A stretch of DNA of 64,000 nucleotides from the human T2T-CHM13v2.0 reference genome, Homo sapiens. Below, in pieces: positions 1-14,042 of this stretch. The position numbers and the translations under genes were made by a program. The notes beneath the pieces are model-generated. The model searched no databases and had not been told where the DNA came from. It was given only the letters and a program-made list of their open reading frames with translations. Each line of letters starts with the position of its first letter. Within the stretch, counting starts at the first letter, position 1. Location: assembly GCF_009914755.1 (NCBI RefSeq), contig NC_060930.1. One strand, given 5' to 3'.

Positions 1-222
<222 letters not shown>

Positions 223-330
223 CAAACACATTGATTGAGTGAAGGAATGACTTAGCAAATGAATTGGTGAGAATGAAATTGATGATATTAAACTTCCATA
301 TTGCCTATGGCAAGACAGTCCCAGGTTTTC

Positions 331-633
331 TTTTTTTTTTTTTTTTCTTGAGATGGAGTCTTGCTCTGTCACTCAGGCTGGAGTGCAGTGGCGCGATCTC
401 GACTCACTGAGATCACCTCCACCTCCCAGTTTCAAGAGATTCTCCTGCCTCAGCCTCCTGAGTAGCTGGGATTAAAGATGCCTACCACCACACCTGGCTA
501 ATTTTTGTATTTTTAGTAGAGACGGGTTTCACCATGTTGTCCAGGCTGGTCTTAAACTCCTGACCTCAGGTGATCTGCCTGCCTCGGACTCCCAAAGTGC
601 TAGGATTACAGGTGTGAGCCACCGTGCCCGGCT
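331..633 (-). mobile_element. AluS-type, full length
   Basis: TSD AGTCCCAGGTTTTC at 317-330 and 634-647. Confidence 0.92.
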
Positions 634-688
634 AGTCCCAGGTTTTCATTCAACGGCCAGGGAATAACAAACTGCTCCTTTCCCCAAG

Positions 689-789
689 GTGTGGCACCCT
701 CCGTGGAAGCCTTTGACAAGCTGATGGACAGTATGGTGGCCGAGTTTTTAAAGAACAGTAGGATCCTTGCTGGGGACGTGGAGACCCAT
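689..789 (+). CDS. CAP2: CAP2 internal coding exon (probably exon 3; 101 nt, phase 1 to phase 0; about residues 41-74)
   Basis: Acceptor ctgctcctttccccaag|GT at 688/689 and donor CAT|gtaagt at 789/790. Translation (G)VAPSVEAFDKLMDSMVAEFLKNSRILAGDVETH matches the human CAP2 N-terminal region as recalled. Too short to appear in the ORF track. Confidence 0.96.
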
Positions 790-919
790 GTAAGTACTTT
801 CCTCCCCTGTTCTCAGTAGAGAGTTTAAACTTACCAGCCCAGCCTCTGACAACGCTAACAGCCTGAGGAGATCTTTATTTATTTATTTAGTTTTTACTCT
901 GGCTAGGCAGATGGTGGCT

Positions 920-1510
920 AAAACATTCATTTACCCATTTATTCATTTAATTGTTCCTGCAAGGCCTATGGATAGAGTATTGTCCAGCACTGCTCTGGAA
1001 GCTAGGAGCATGGGGATGAACAAGATAGGCTACATCCTGTTCTCACAGAACTTCCACTTTAGTCTGGGAAACAGATGATATATACAAATATATAAATGAA
1101 TTCAGGTAGTTTTAAGTACGAAAAGAATAAGAAAGCAGAGTCATGATTTAGAGTGCTGGAAACAGGGCTATTGCTTGAGATAGGAAGGTGTATCTGAGGT
1201 GACACTGAGCAGAGATCTGATGGAGAGAGGTAGTGAGCTGTGGAGTGATGTGGGGAAGACAGTTCCAGACAGAGGGAACAGCAAGAGCGAAGGCTCAGAG
1301 CAAGCTTGGTGTGTTCCCAGCAGAACAGAAGGCCTGGGAAAAGATAAGGGAGAGGGGTAACAAGGGCTCAGAGTACAACATGCTCTTCTAGTCACAGTGA
1401 GGGACTCGGCTCTCCTTCCCACTGTGATGGGAAGCCACCCGGGGTCACCGGGCAGAGGACTCAGGGCGATTTGATTTATGCTTTTAAAAAGGTCCCCTGG
1501 CTGAGCTGAC
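920..1510 (-). mobile_element. L2 fragment(s)
   Basis: cattcattt...cagcactgctctgg...gatgaacaaga resembles the reverse-complemented L2 3' end; highly diverged. Confidence 0.6.
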
Positions 1511-1549
1511 TCAGTCACCAGCCACCCTTCTTCTTTCTGTAAAATGCGG

Positions 1550-2253
1550 CCTGAGGATATCACCTCATATCCATTGGGATGGCTACTATCCAAAGAACAG
1601 GAATTAACAAGTACTGGTTAGGATGGGGAGAAACTGGAGCCTCTACGCACTGTTGATGGGAATGTAAAATGATGCAGGCACTGTGGAAAACAGTGTGTTG
1701 GCTCCTCAAAAAAAAAAAAAAATGGAACTACTGTAGATCCAACAATTTCACTTCTATGTATATCCCCCAAATTTAAAAGCAGCATCTCCAAGAGACACCC
1801 ATGTTCATAGCAGCATTATTCACAATAGCCACGAGGTGGAAGCAACCCAAGTGTGCATTGACAGATACACTAAATGTGGTCTGTACATACAATGGAATAT
1901 TATTCAGCCTTGAAAAGGAAGGAAATGCTGTTACATGCTGTAGTATGGATGAACCTTGAGGACATTATGCTAAGTGAAATAAGCCAGACACAAAAAGACA
2001 AATACTGTATGATTCCATTTATTGGCAGTGCCTAGGGCGGTCAAATTTGTGGAGACAAAGTAGAATGGTGTTTGCCAGAGGCTGGAGGGAGGAGAGAATA
2101 GGAAATTGTTCAATGAGTACAGAGTTTCAGTTTTCCAAGATTAAGAAGTTCTGGAGATTGTACAACTATGTGAATATACTTAACACTATTAAGCTGTACA
2201 CTGAAAATGGTTAAGATGGTAAATTTTATGTTAAGTATATCTTACTATAATTT
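1550..2253 (+). mobile_element. L1MB-type 3' end
   Basis: Typical motifs: cccatgttcatagcagcattattcacaatagc, gaaccttgaggacattatgctaagtgaaataagcc, aaaatggttaagatggtaaattttatg. Confidence 0.8.
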
Positions 2254-2638
2254 TGAACAAAGTACAGCCTGAGGAAAAGCAAAAACACAGAATTTGATAA
2301 TCTCTGGGTTGGAAGAGAACTTTAAAGGTACCTAAGCTAGCCTGCCAGTTTTAGACACTTTTCATATTTTAAAAAATATTAGCATCATCTCCGGGGTTAG
2401 TCATTGTTTGCATTCATTTAGTGAAAATCGAATGTGATAGCCAAACCAATTAAAAACATGAAAAGAAATGTATCACTGGGTTCTTCTTTTTCTTTGGCCT
2501 TTGTTTCTCACTAAGGATTGAATTCCAAATCTGTCTACCTATAGATTTCTCAGCAATGACAGAATCCTGGCAAAACCATTTTCAGTATAGATTCACAGAA
2601 AATCTGATTCTTGAATAAAGTTGTGGTTTGGGGCTTTT

Positions 2639-2884
2639 CGCATATTCTCACTCATAGGTGGGAATTGAACAATGAGATCACATGGACACAGGAAGGGGAA
2701 TATCACACTCTGGGGACTGTGGTGGGATGGGGGGAGGGGGGAGGGATAGCATTGGGAGATATACCTAATGCTAGATGACGAGTTAGTGGGTGCAGCGCAC
2801 CAGCATGGCACATGTATACATATGTAACTAACCTGCACAATGTGCACATGTACCCTAAAACTTAAAGTATAATAAAAAAAAAAA
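2639..2884 (+). mobile_element. L1PA2-type 3' end, about 245 nt, 5'-truncated
   Basis: Near-consensus young L1 3'UTR with GAG (2780-2782) rather than ACA, and cttaaagtataataaa; poly(A) tail. Confidence 0.85.
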
Positions 2885-3779
2885 GTTAAAAAAAGTATAA
2901 AGGGATTCTCTTTTTGCTCCCCTCCCAATTAGACATCATATGCAACACCCAACACCAGTCTCCCAGGGGATCCAGTGACTCCGGTTATGCCAGAGGCTCC
3001 AAGACTGTAATTAAATAGGTGCTTATCTCATCACATTGCAATGTATTTGTTTGCCACATCTAAGAAAAACAAAGATACTTCTCCATTTCTGTTGAAGTAC
3101 CCCTTGGTGAAAGAGACAAGCCTTGATATATACGAGTTCTGGAAAAACCTGGGCACTAAGATGCATCCACGTCAAATGTATCCCACAGCACTATTGTTAC
3201 TACTCTAGTCTGTTTTTTTCCTCAGTGTTTTTGTTTACAAGAAACCTTGTATGCAGCAAGAGAGTGGCTGAGCCTCTTGTATTCTGAGGCGTGATAACTC
3301 CTGAACGCTAACATACACAAAGGAATATTATCTGCAATACACTGAAAAAGATGCTTGAGTGATTGATGAACATTTTCTGTCTTGAACACTATGACAGTAA
3401 TCATTGTATCATTATGGTTACTATTCATTAATGCCAACATTAGGCTTCTGAGGTACACAGTACATTATAACTCATTAGGAGTATCTCAAAAATTCTAGAT
3501 AGAAGCTTTTTACAAGAGAATAATGAGACCTATAAATAAGTATATTTAACTTTGCATTTTTTAAAAAAGTAAGATTTGTATGCTGTCTTCAAATTGCACA
3601 GTAAACAGTCCCTTTAAGTTCTTTTTAGAACAGAGTGAGTTATAAAGTGTAGCTTGGTTAATATTAAGTTTTTCATCTCTTCATTCATCAGGCTGTAAAC
3701 AGGATGACTCAGATGAAGGAATATTCTCAGCAATGAATATGTAATGCTTAAGAAAATTTATGTTCTCCCTAGTTTTTAA

Positions 3780-3855
3780 AAAATAGAGGAAAGGAAGGAA
3801 AAGAATAGAAGACAGAAGGAAGAAAGGCAAGCAAGAAAGAGAGAAAGAAAGAAAC
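3780..3855 (+). repeat. GA-rich low-complexity tract
   Basis: Seen directly. Confidence 0.8.
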
Positions 3856-4639
3856 ACTTGTCATCTGAAAGTTTAGACTCCAGCTCTACAACACAAAGAA
3901 AAGTACAGGCAGCTATAGTCCATCTGCCCATGACGTTAATACTTTGAACATGCCGTTTATTTTTTCTCTCGCTTACAGAACCATGTGTCATTGGCATTAA
4001 GCTTGCAGCTGTTGCCTCTCACATCAGCCAGAAGTGGGGGTTGAACTTTATTCCAAGAACACACCTGTTGCCTAGGAAAAAAGCCCTCACATACCTGATT
4101 GTACAGGATGGAAATTTGAGAGTGACACAAATGTGCATCATATTAAATCCTGTGCCTGTGCTTAAAAGTCATTTCACAGATACCAGTAAGGAATAAGGGC
4201 AGCCAAGCTATGATTTAACGTCTGTCTCGATGTGTTGGCTGCTGGTTGGGCTTAATTTACTGAACACTCAATAGCCTATTGACAGAACAGACCACAAAAA
4301 AGGGGATCTAATAGCTACAATTAGGAATCTCTGCTGAACCTAAGAGCATAACAGGTTTAGAAAAGATTAGAACTTGTAAAGCCTTCTTGTGTGCAGCCTA
4401 AACCAAAGGGCTTATTTAAACTACTCTTCAACCCAAGAAACTTGACACAGCTTGCACCCCTTTTAAAAAAGAATAGATAATTTTATGCATAATTGCATAC
4501 ATGCATGATTTTATAATAGATATTGGGTAAATAGAGTTCTCAATGTCAAAGAAGCAGATCCTCTAGAAACTGGGCCTATATAATACCTAGCCCTTGGTTG
4601 GACATCATTTATCCATAAATAGATTTATGTGACTTTGGG

Positions 4640-4935
<296 letters not shown>

Positions 4936-5162
4936 ATTAGGGGTTATTTTTTAACAAAGTTATCCTATTGTTAGGATTCATGGCGGAACTGATCTCAGGT
5001 CTATTTCTAATTGATGTGACAAATAGGAAGCAACTGCAAATCATAGCTTTTCCTAACCCAAGTCTTTTTTAGAGATTTCTAGAACTTACATTTTAAATGT
5101 TTGTAGGAATCTGGAATCTTTATTTCCTGTTCTTGATTGAAATGGACTTAAAAAACTGCTGT

Positions 5163-5417
5163 TACCACATGCTCTCACTAATAAGTGGGAGCTAAACATT
5201 GAGAACACGTGGTCACAAAGAAGGGGACAATAGACAGTGGGCCAACTGGAGGGTGGAGGGCAGAAGAAGGGTGAGGATCAGAAAGTACCTGTCAGGTGCT
5301 ATGCTTATTACCTGGGCAATGAAATAATCTGTACACCAAACCTCCGCGACACAAAATTTACCTACATAACAAACCTGTATGTGTACCCCTGAACCTAAAC
5401 TAGAAGTTTAAAAAAAG
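5163..5417 (+). mobile_element. Old L1PA (PA15/16-like) 3' end
   Basis: ctcactaataagtgggagctaaacattgag ... aacaaacctgtatgtgtacccctgaacctaaa followed by an A tract. Confidence 0.75.
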
Positions 5418-5973
5418 ATATCGTTAAAAAAAATAATTTTTATTAATTATTTAAAATGAAAGAACCACAATTTGAACAAAAGGGCAATAAAATTCAACTA
5501 AACGTAACACACATAAGGCATACTATGATTAAATCACATGCTGTATAATGTTCTGTCCTTGAGTTCTTTGACTTCTATAAAGGATGAACATGATCAGAAA
5601 ATTATTACAGCCTCACTTTTGATGGGTCATAGTCACTATGCTAGATATTCCTAGTCTTTACCATTTATTTAAATCATCTACAAAATAGCTTGCTCACTTT
5701 GTGCCATGCTGTTCAGTTAATGAGTTCAAAGAGTGGCAAAATGAGAAGTCTCTGTTCCTCTGACTCACACTGGCAGATTGTATTAATATTTGGATTTAGA
5801 GTGGCCCTGCTTTTGACAGCATGACCTTGAGCTAGTCCCTTCATCTGCTCCTTAACGAGGCAGGATGACATAATTTCTCAGGGCCTCTGTCTCTCAATAG
5901 CCCATGCACCTGACTCATCAGTTCTCTCAGCCTGAAAGCATGAGGGAGCTATTCGGTTTCCAAATGAAGAGCT

Positions 5974-6199
5974 TGCAATAGGGTGGCCTCATCACCATTA
6001 TAAAGAGCATCTTCAGCCATGCCAGGGAAGATGCCCTGAGAAACAAGCAGAAGGAACCATGTCAGAAAAAGGATACACAGAGCACTAAAGACAAAACATC
6101 TTTCCACTCTCCTGTGGTATAGATGAACATCAGCCTCCTTCATCTGAAAGGACCCGGAGGCCTCTACCAGTCTGTGCTTTCTGGTCCTACGAGTTGTCA
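5974..6199 (+). repeat. Copy A of a ~225-nt diverged direct duplication
   Basis: Aligns by eye to 7260-7492, e.g. shared cagaaggaaccatgtcagaaaaaggat. Confidence 0.9.
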
Positions 6200-6803
6200 C
6201 ATCTTCCTTTACATGAATCTTATCTCTGAAACATATAATAGCCTTATCTCTGGAATAAATAATACAGAATATCTGCATGTTTATTTTACGGATGGTATCT
6301 TGTATTCTTTCAATTCTTTTGATTCTTGAAAATATTTATGGATCACCTGTACTCATTTTAAAAGTGACCATTTACATGTTTGGTGCTTTAGAATCTGTGT
6401 CTATCCAGGATCCCCATCCCAAAAAATCTTATCAGAAGCACCACTGTGAGGCTGACTCAGCAAACCAGCCCATTCCATGTCGTTCTCCTCACCTCCCCAC
6501 TCTGCCTTCAGCCAACTTGCTCTTCCCATGAACTTCCAGTTTTCTGTTCACTGTTTTAATTTGAACATTAATTTTTATTACCACTAGATGTGGAATATCT
6601 TGGCAATTGCAAGCCCGAAGAATCTGTATGTCTTTCAGTTTCACCAAATGGCAGAGATCCAAAAAATGACTTGCATCAAGAATTCTGCCTCTAGGTTTCA
6701 TCCAGGCTTTAAATGGGGCATCTTCTTTCTTACTGGCTTAGCCATTAATGATAGCCAGAATTTTTAGAGAAGGAAGCATTTAAAAGTCATCTATTCCAGT
6801 TAT

Positions 6804-7120
6804 CCACCCCTCCACCCCCTTGCTTGCTTGCTTGCTTTTCTTCTTTTTCTTGCTTCTTTCTTCCCTTCCTTTCTTCTCCCTCTTTTCTTTCTTTTCCTTT
6901 CTTTCCATTTATTTTCATCCTTCTTTCCTTCCCTACTTCCTTCTCTCCTTTTGTTTTTTCCCTCTTTTTGTCTTCCTCCCTTCCTTCCGTCTCCCTTTCC
7001 TTTGCTTTTATTTTCTTTTACTTCCTTCCTTCCCTTCTTTTTCCTCCCTCCCTCCCTCCCTCTCTCCCCCCTCCCTCCCTCTCTCCCTTCCATCCGTCCA
7101 TCTATCTGTCTTTCTATCTT
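6804..7120 (+). repeat. Long CT-rich polypyrimidine low-complexity tract
   Basis: About 315 nt of (CTT/TTCC/CCCT)-like sequence. Confidence 0.9.
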
Positions 7121-7225
7121 CTACAGAGAAGGAAACTGCAAATTAGAGAGGCTAGGTGATGTGCGTGGTGTGTTAAAGATCTCAGCAATGCAGTGGCAGA
7201 GCCAGGAATCTAGTCTCCAGAGTCT
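7120..7225 (-). mobile_element. MIR fragment
   Basis: acagagaaggaaactg...agaggctaggtgat...gtggcagagccaggaat resembles the MIR core. Confidence 0.55.
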
Positions 7226-7259
7226 CTGTCTGTCACCTTGGCAGGCACCTACTTTAACC

Positions 7260-7492
7260 TGCAGTAGGATGGCCTCATCACCATTGTAAAAAGCATCTTC
7301 AGCCATGCCAGGGAAAACACCATGAGAAGCAAACAGAAGGAACCATGTCAGAAAAAGGATTTACAGAACACCGAAGATAAAACATCTTCTCTTCTTGCTC
7401 TCTCCTTGTGGTATAGACAAACATCTGACTCCTTCGTCTAAAAGGACTGTAGGCCTCCACGTTTCTGTGCTTTCAGGTCCTACAAGTTGTCA
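7260..7492 (+). repeat. Copy B of the ~225-nt diverged direct duplication
   Basis: Aligns to 5974-6199. Confidence 0.9.
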
Positions 7493-8305
7493 TGGCAGCT
7501 GTGTCTCCCACCACCCTTGTGGTAATTGGCTGACTGGTGAGAAGCAAGACCGCACTGACCTGCCTCCTTCCTCACTCCCTCTTTCTAGAAGAGGAGGATA
7601 GGTCTCCATGACCAGGCTTAGGCCCAGGGCAGAGGAGAGGGTGGAAGGCTACTGTGCCTCTTAGTGACCAGGAGGATGCTGCCTCCAGGACAGAACTCTG
7701 TCCCTCTAGGTCTTCATTTCTGCGCCTTTGCACTGGCGTGGGCTCGGCCTGATCATTACTATGCTGTTGGCACCAAATTTGCAGAATTCAGAAAAGTCAC
7801 AGATAGATCAGCCTCTGTTACCGTGTCTTCCCAAGAACGTGGAGAAGTTTTATTCTCAGCGTAGAACACATAGTTTGCTACCAAACATGCTTTGATTCAC
7901 AGCCCATCTCCTGCTAAATCTCAGGCCTTCATTGGACATCCCTGTGACTCCTTTTTTACTTAAAGTTTGTTTCTAGAGCATACAATCCTCATCTATCTCA
8001 CTAAACATCCTAATTTCACAAACACACTTAGAGCTTTGGGGACCGGCCAGTAAGAAACTGGACTTGGAATCAAAACCAGACTTCGAAGGGCCACCAGGCC
8101 TGACCAACCACAGGATTGCCCATTTACTCTACCAATGAAAAAAATCACCAAGATACCTTGCTGAAACAACGAGTCAGATTCCATGAGTCTCTAAGGTTAA
8201 GATGATAAGATGATACCTGCCCTTTTTCTTTTTCCTGGACAGCAAATATGCTTTCTGCCAAACTCTTGCTTCAATGTTTTTCTTTCTGCTTTTTTAGTAA
8301 TTTAA

Positions 8306-8631
<326 letters not shown>

Positions 8632-8699
8632 TGATTTAATTTTTTGAGTAAATGTTTGCATGGGTTAAAAAATTGAAGCCAGGAAAAGCACCACGTGTA

Positions 8700-10066
8700 C
8701 TTTGTGTAGTAACGTGTACTAATGTACGTGTTCATCCCATTTCCCTCCATACCCCTGAAGGTGATGACTTTTTAAGTTTCTTATGTATCCTTCCAGTGTT
8801 TGTTTTTGAAAATACATTTATTCTTATTTTCCTTTTATTACTAAACGGTCACTTCATTATGTACACTGCTTCACACCTTGTTTTCTTCACTTAACAATAT
8901 ATCCAGAATCTACAATGAACTCAAACAAATTTACAAGAAAAAAACAAACAACCCCATCAAAAAGTGGGCGAAGGACATGAACAGACACTTCTCAAAAGAA
9001 GACATTTATGCAGCCAAAAAACACATGAAGAAATGCTCATCATCACTGGCCATCAGAGAAATGCAAATCAAAACCACTATGAGATATCATCTCACACCAG
9101 TTAGAATGGCTATCATTAAAAAGTCAGGAAACAACAGGTGCTGGAGAGGATGCGGAGAAATAGGAACACTTTTACACTGTTGGTGGGACTGTAAACTAGT
9201 TCAACCATTGTGGAAGTCAGTGTGGCGATTCCTCAGGGATCTAGAACTAGAAATACCATTTGACCCAGCCATCCCATTACTGGGTATATATCCAAATGAG
9301 TATAAATCATGCTGCTATAAAGACACATGCACACGTATGTTTATTGCGGCACTATTCACAATAGCAAAGACTTGGAACCAACCCAAATGTCCAACAATGA
9401 TAGACTGGATTAAGAAAATGTGGCACATATACACCATGGAATACTATGCAGCCATAAAAAATGATGAGTTCATATCCTTTGTAGGGACATGGATGAAATT
9501 GGAAACCATCATTCTCAGTAAACTATCGCAAGAACAAAAAACCAAACACCGCATATTCTCACTCATAGGTGGGAATTGAACAATGAGATCACATGGACAC
9601 AGGAAGGGGAATATCACACTCTGGGGACTGTGGTGGGGTCGGGGGAGGGGGGAGGGATAGCATTGGGAGATATACCTAATGCTAGATGTCACATTAGTGG
9701 GTGCAGCGCACCAGCATGGCACATGTATACATATGTAACTAACCTGCACAATGTGCACATGTACCCTAAAACTTAGAGTATAATAAAAAAAAAAAAAAAA
9801 AAAAAGAAGTTTACGGATAAAAAAAAAAAAAAACAAAAAAAACACAATATATTCTAGAGATCTTTTCTGTCAGTCCATCTAGAGCTTCTTCACTGTTTTT
9901 TACGGCTTCAAAATACTCCTCTGTGTAGTTTATCACAGTTTATTTGACCAGATCCCTGTTGCTGGACATTGGGTTGTTTCTAATCTTTTGTTACAGTGCA
10001 TAAGCATGTATTTTCTATATATACAAGTATATCTGAGGATAAATTCTCCAAAATGGGATTCCAGGG
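8700..10066 (-). mobile_element. Old L1M fragment, split by the L1HS insertion
   Basis: cttcacttaacaatatattctagagatc ... ggacattgggttgtttc is continuous once the L1HS is removed. Confidence 0.6.
8899..9843 (+). mobile_element. L1HS Ta-1, 5'-truncated (ORF2 C-terminus, 3'UTR and composite poly(A) tail)
   Basis: ORF 8878..9579 is the uninterrupted ORF2p C-terminus (..[20 protein letters not shown]). Ta diagnostics ACA (9691-9693) and G (9776); Ta-1 diagnostics T9297/G9300 (PNEY). TSD ACAATATAT at 8894-8902 and 9844-9852, at a TT|AA site. Confidence 0.93.
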
Positions 10067-10169
10067 TGTATCAGTCAGGGTCCTGGAAGGATACTCATGG
10101 ATAGATCCTGTGAGTCTCTAAGGTTAAGATGACTAAACTCTTAATCTTGGCATGGTTAAACTAAGGAAT

Positions 10170-10570
<401 letters not shown>

Positions 10571-10880
10571 TAATAAAGGGACTATTTCGAAAGCTGTGAG
10601 CAGGCAGTCAGGAAACAAGAAATCATAAAGTACCCAGGACTGCCAATCACAGGAATCACTGCTACCCCAAGGTTTGGAGAGGAAGAGAGAGGGAGGCGGG
10701 TATCAGAACCTTCCGCAGAGAGACACGGCCATGCAATGGAGACCAGCAGGAAGAACCAGGGGAATAAAGGCCACCTTCTGCTTGTCTCCCTTGCTCCAGT
10801 CTCCTCTCAAGCCTTCCACTGACTGAACCCAGTGAGAATCCAGGAGCCAAGGAGCCTGTGGATGCTGATGCCATCTATGT

Positions 10881-11376
10881 CAGGGGTCCCCATCCCTGTT
10901 AGGAACCAGGCTGCAGAGCAGGAGGTGAGTGGCAGGCAGGTGAGCGGCCAAAGCTTCATCTGTACTTAGAGCCACTCCCCATCCCTTGCATTACTACCTG
11001 AGCTCTGCCTTCTGTCAGATCAGTGGCGGCATTAGATTCTCAGAGGAGCATAAACCCTATGGTGAACTGCGCATTCGAGGGATCTAGGTTTTGTGCTCCT
11101 TATGAGAATCTAATGCCTTATGATCTGTCACTGTCTCCCATCACCCCCAGATGGGACTGTCTAGTTACAGGAAAATAAGCTCAGGGCTCCCACAGATTCT
11201 ACATTGTGGTGAGTTGTATAATTATTTCATTATATATTACAATATAATAATAGAAATAAAGTGCACAATAAGTGTAATGCACTTGAGTCATCCCCAAACC
11301 ATCCTCCTGCTCTGTCTGTGGAAAAATTGTCTTCCATGAAATTGACCCTTGGTGCCAAAAAGGTTGGGGACCACTG
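10881..11376 (+). mobile_element. MER1A (hAT-Charlie DNA transposon)
   Basis: Termini caggggtcccca...ggttggggaccactg; internal ggcattagattctc and gagaatctaatgcc. Confidence 0.85.
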
Positions 11377-11709
11377 GTCTAGTGGTTGGCCTGGAGCACA
11401 GAGCAGGGTGCAGCAGGGTAGAGAGTGGGTCTAGAGCAGCAGAACAGGGATAGGCGGGATGCTGGGTGAAGGGAAGGGCATTGTGCTTTTGAGATCTGTT
11501 GTAAATTGCCTTCCATGGGGATATGCCTGTTATACTTTCATCAGCAATGGATGAGTGTGTCTGTTTCCCCAAACTCACCTACAGAGGGGGATGTCAGTGG
11601 AGTTTTGCCAATCTGATGGGTGACAAACAGTATTTCTGTGTCGTTTTCAATTTGTATTTTTCTTATGATGAGTGAGGTTGAGCACTTTTTCATATGTTTA
11701 AGGGTCACA

Positions 11710-12003
11710 GGCTGGGCGTGGTGGCTCATGCCTGTAATCTCAGCACTTTGGGAGGCTGAGGCGGGAGGATCATGAGGTCAAAAGATCAAGACCAGTCTGG
11801 CCAACACGGTGAAACCCTGTCTCTACTAAAAATACAAAAATTAGCTGGGCATGGTGGCACATGCCTGTAATCCCAGCTACTCAGGAGGCTGAGGCAGGAG
11901 AATAGCTTGAATCTGGGAGGTGGAGTTTGCAGTGAACAGAGATCACGCCACTGCACTCGGTCCAACCTGGGCAACAGAGCACGACTCCGTCTCAAAGAAA
12001 AAA
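11710..12003 (+). mobile_element. AluS-type
   Basis: TSD AAGGGTCACA. Confidence 0.9.
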
Positions 12004-12198
12004 GGGTCACATATCACTTTTGCTGTGAGTTGTTTATGCATTTCTTTAGTCCATAGGCGGGAGCAAGAAAGTCATTGGTTTATTATTGATTTGTAGAGAA
12101 CTTTACATGTTGGGGATATTAGCCTCTGTCTGTGGTGAGAGATACAAATATTTTTCCCCATTGTCACTATGGCATTATGACTAGATTATAACATTGCT

Positions 12199-12851
<653 letters not shown>

Positions 12852-12931
12852 CAGAAGTTTTTTTATGTAGTAGAATTTATTATAAACATATCTTTTTTTT
12901 TTATGGCTTCTAGAATGTGAGTTGTCATTTA

Positions 12932-13277
<346 letters not shown>

Positions 13278-13564
13278 CTAACACTTTCATGGCTTTATTT
13301 TTGACACATAAATTTGATCCACATTTGAGTTTATCTTGGTGAATGACGTTAAGGCATGGATCCAACTGTTTTTTTTTTTCCAGATAGGTTCCTGCAGTTC
13401 CCATCACTATCATTAATCAGTCCATTTCCCCCATGGATCGAAATGCTGCCTTTATCACATGCTAAACACCTGTATATCTTCAGGTCTGTTTTTGGACTTT
13501 CTGTTCATTCCATTGTGCTGTTCATGTCTCAGTTCCAACTGCTTTAGTCACTGAGGATTTAGAG

Positions 13565-14042
13565 CAGCAGTAGTCAACCTTTTTGGCACCAGGGACCGAT
13601 TTCCTGGAAAACAGTTTTTCTGTGGACCGGGGAGAGGGATTGCACTTTATTTCTATTGTTATTATATACTCATCAGAAGATAGAATCAGTGAGAGCCCTG
13701 AGCTTATTTTCCTGCAACTAGACGGTCCCATTTAGGGGTAATGGGAGACAGTGACAGATCATCAGGCATTATATTCTCGTAAGGAGCACACAACCTAGAT
13801 CCCTCGCGTGCAGTGTTCACAATAGGGTTCATGCTCCTATGAGAATCTAATGCCATTGCTGATCTCACAGGTGGTGGAGCTCGGGCGGTAATGCAAGCGA
13901 TGGGGAGTGGCTATAAATATAGACGAAGCTCCAGTCACTTGCTTGCTGGCTTGCTCACTGCTCACCTCCTGCTGTGCACCCCACTTCCTAACAGGCCATG
14001 GACCAGTACCAGTCTGTGTGTCCTGGGGGTTGGGGACCCCTG
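13565..14042 (-). mobile_element. MER1A (opposite orientation to 10881-11376)
   Basis: Reverse complement of the first copy; 8-nt TSD ATTTAGAG / ATTCAGAG. Confidence 0.85.

Noticed and set aside
799-816. Pyrimidine tract plus CAG just after the exon-3 donor
   Set aside because: Only 27 nt from the donor, too short for an intron; no supporting downstream donor.
6800-7289. Overlapping F/L/S/P-rich and K/R/E/G-rich ORFs (also 53559-53910)
   Set aside because: Artefacts of CT/GA low-complexity sequence that lacks stop codons.
5949-7306. Paired minus-strand peptides MAEDALYNGDEATLLQ / MAEDAFYNGDEAILLQ
   Set aside because: Similarity simply reflects the DNA duplication; the frames diverge outside it and there is no recognisable protein family.
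8878-9579. 233-aa ORF, the longest in the window
   Set aside because: It is the C-terminal part of L1 ORF2p in a 5'-truncated element, with no promoter or RT/EN domains; not a host gene and not retrotransposition-competent.
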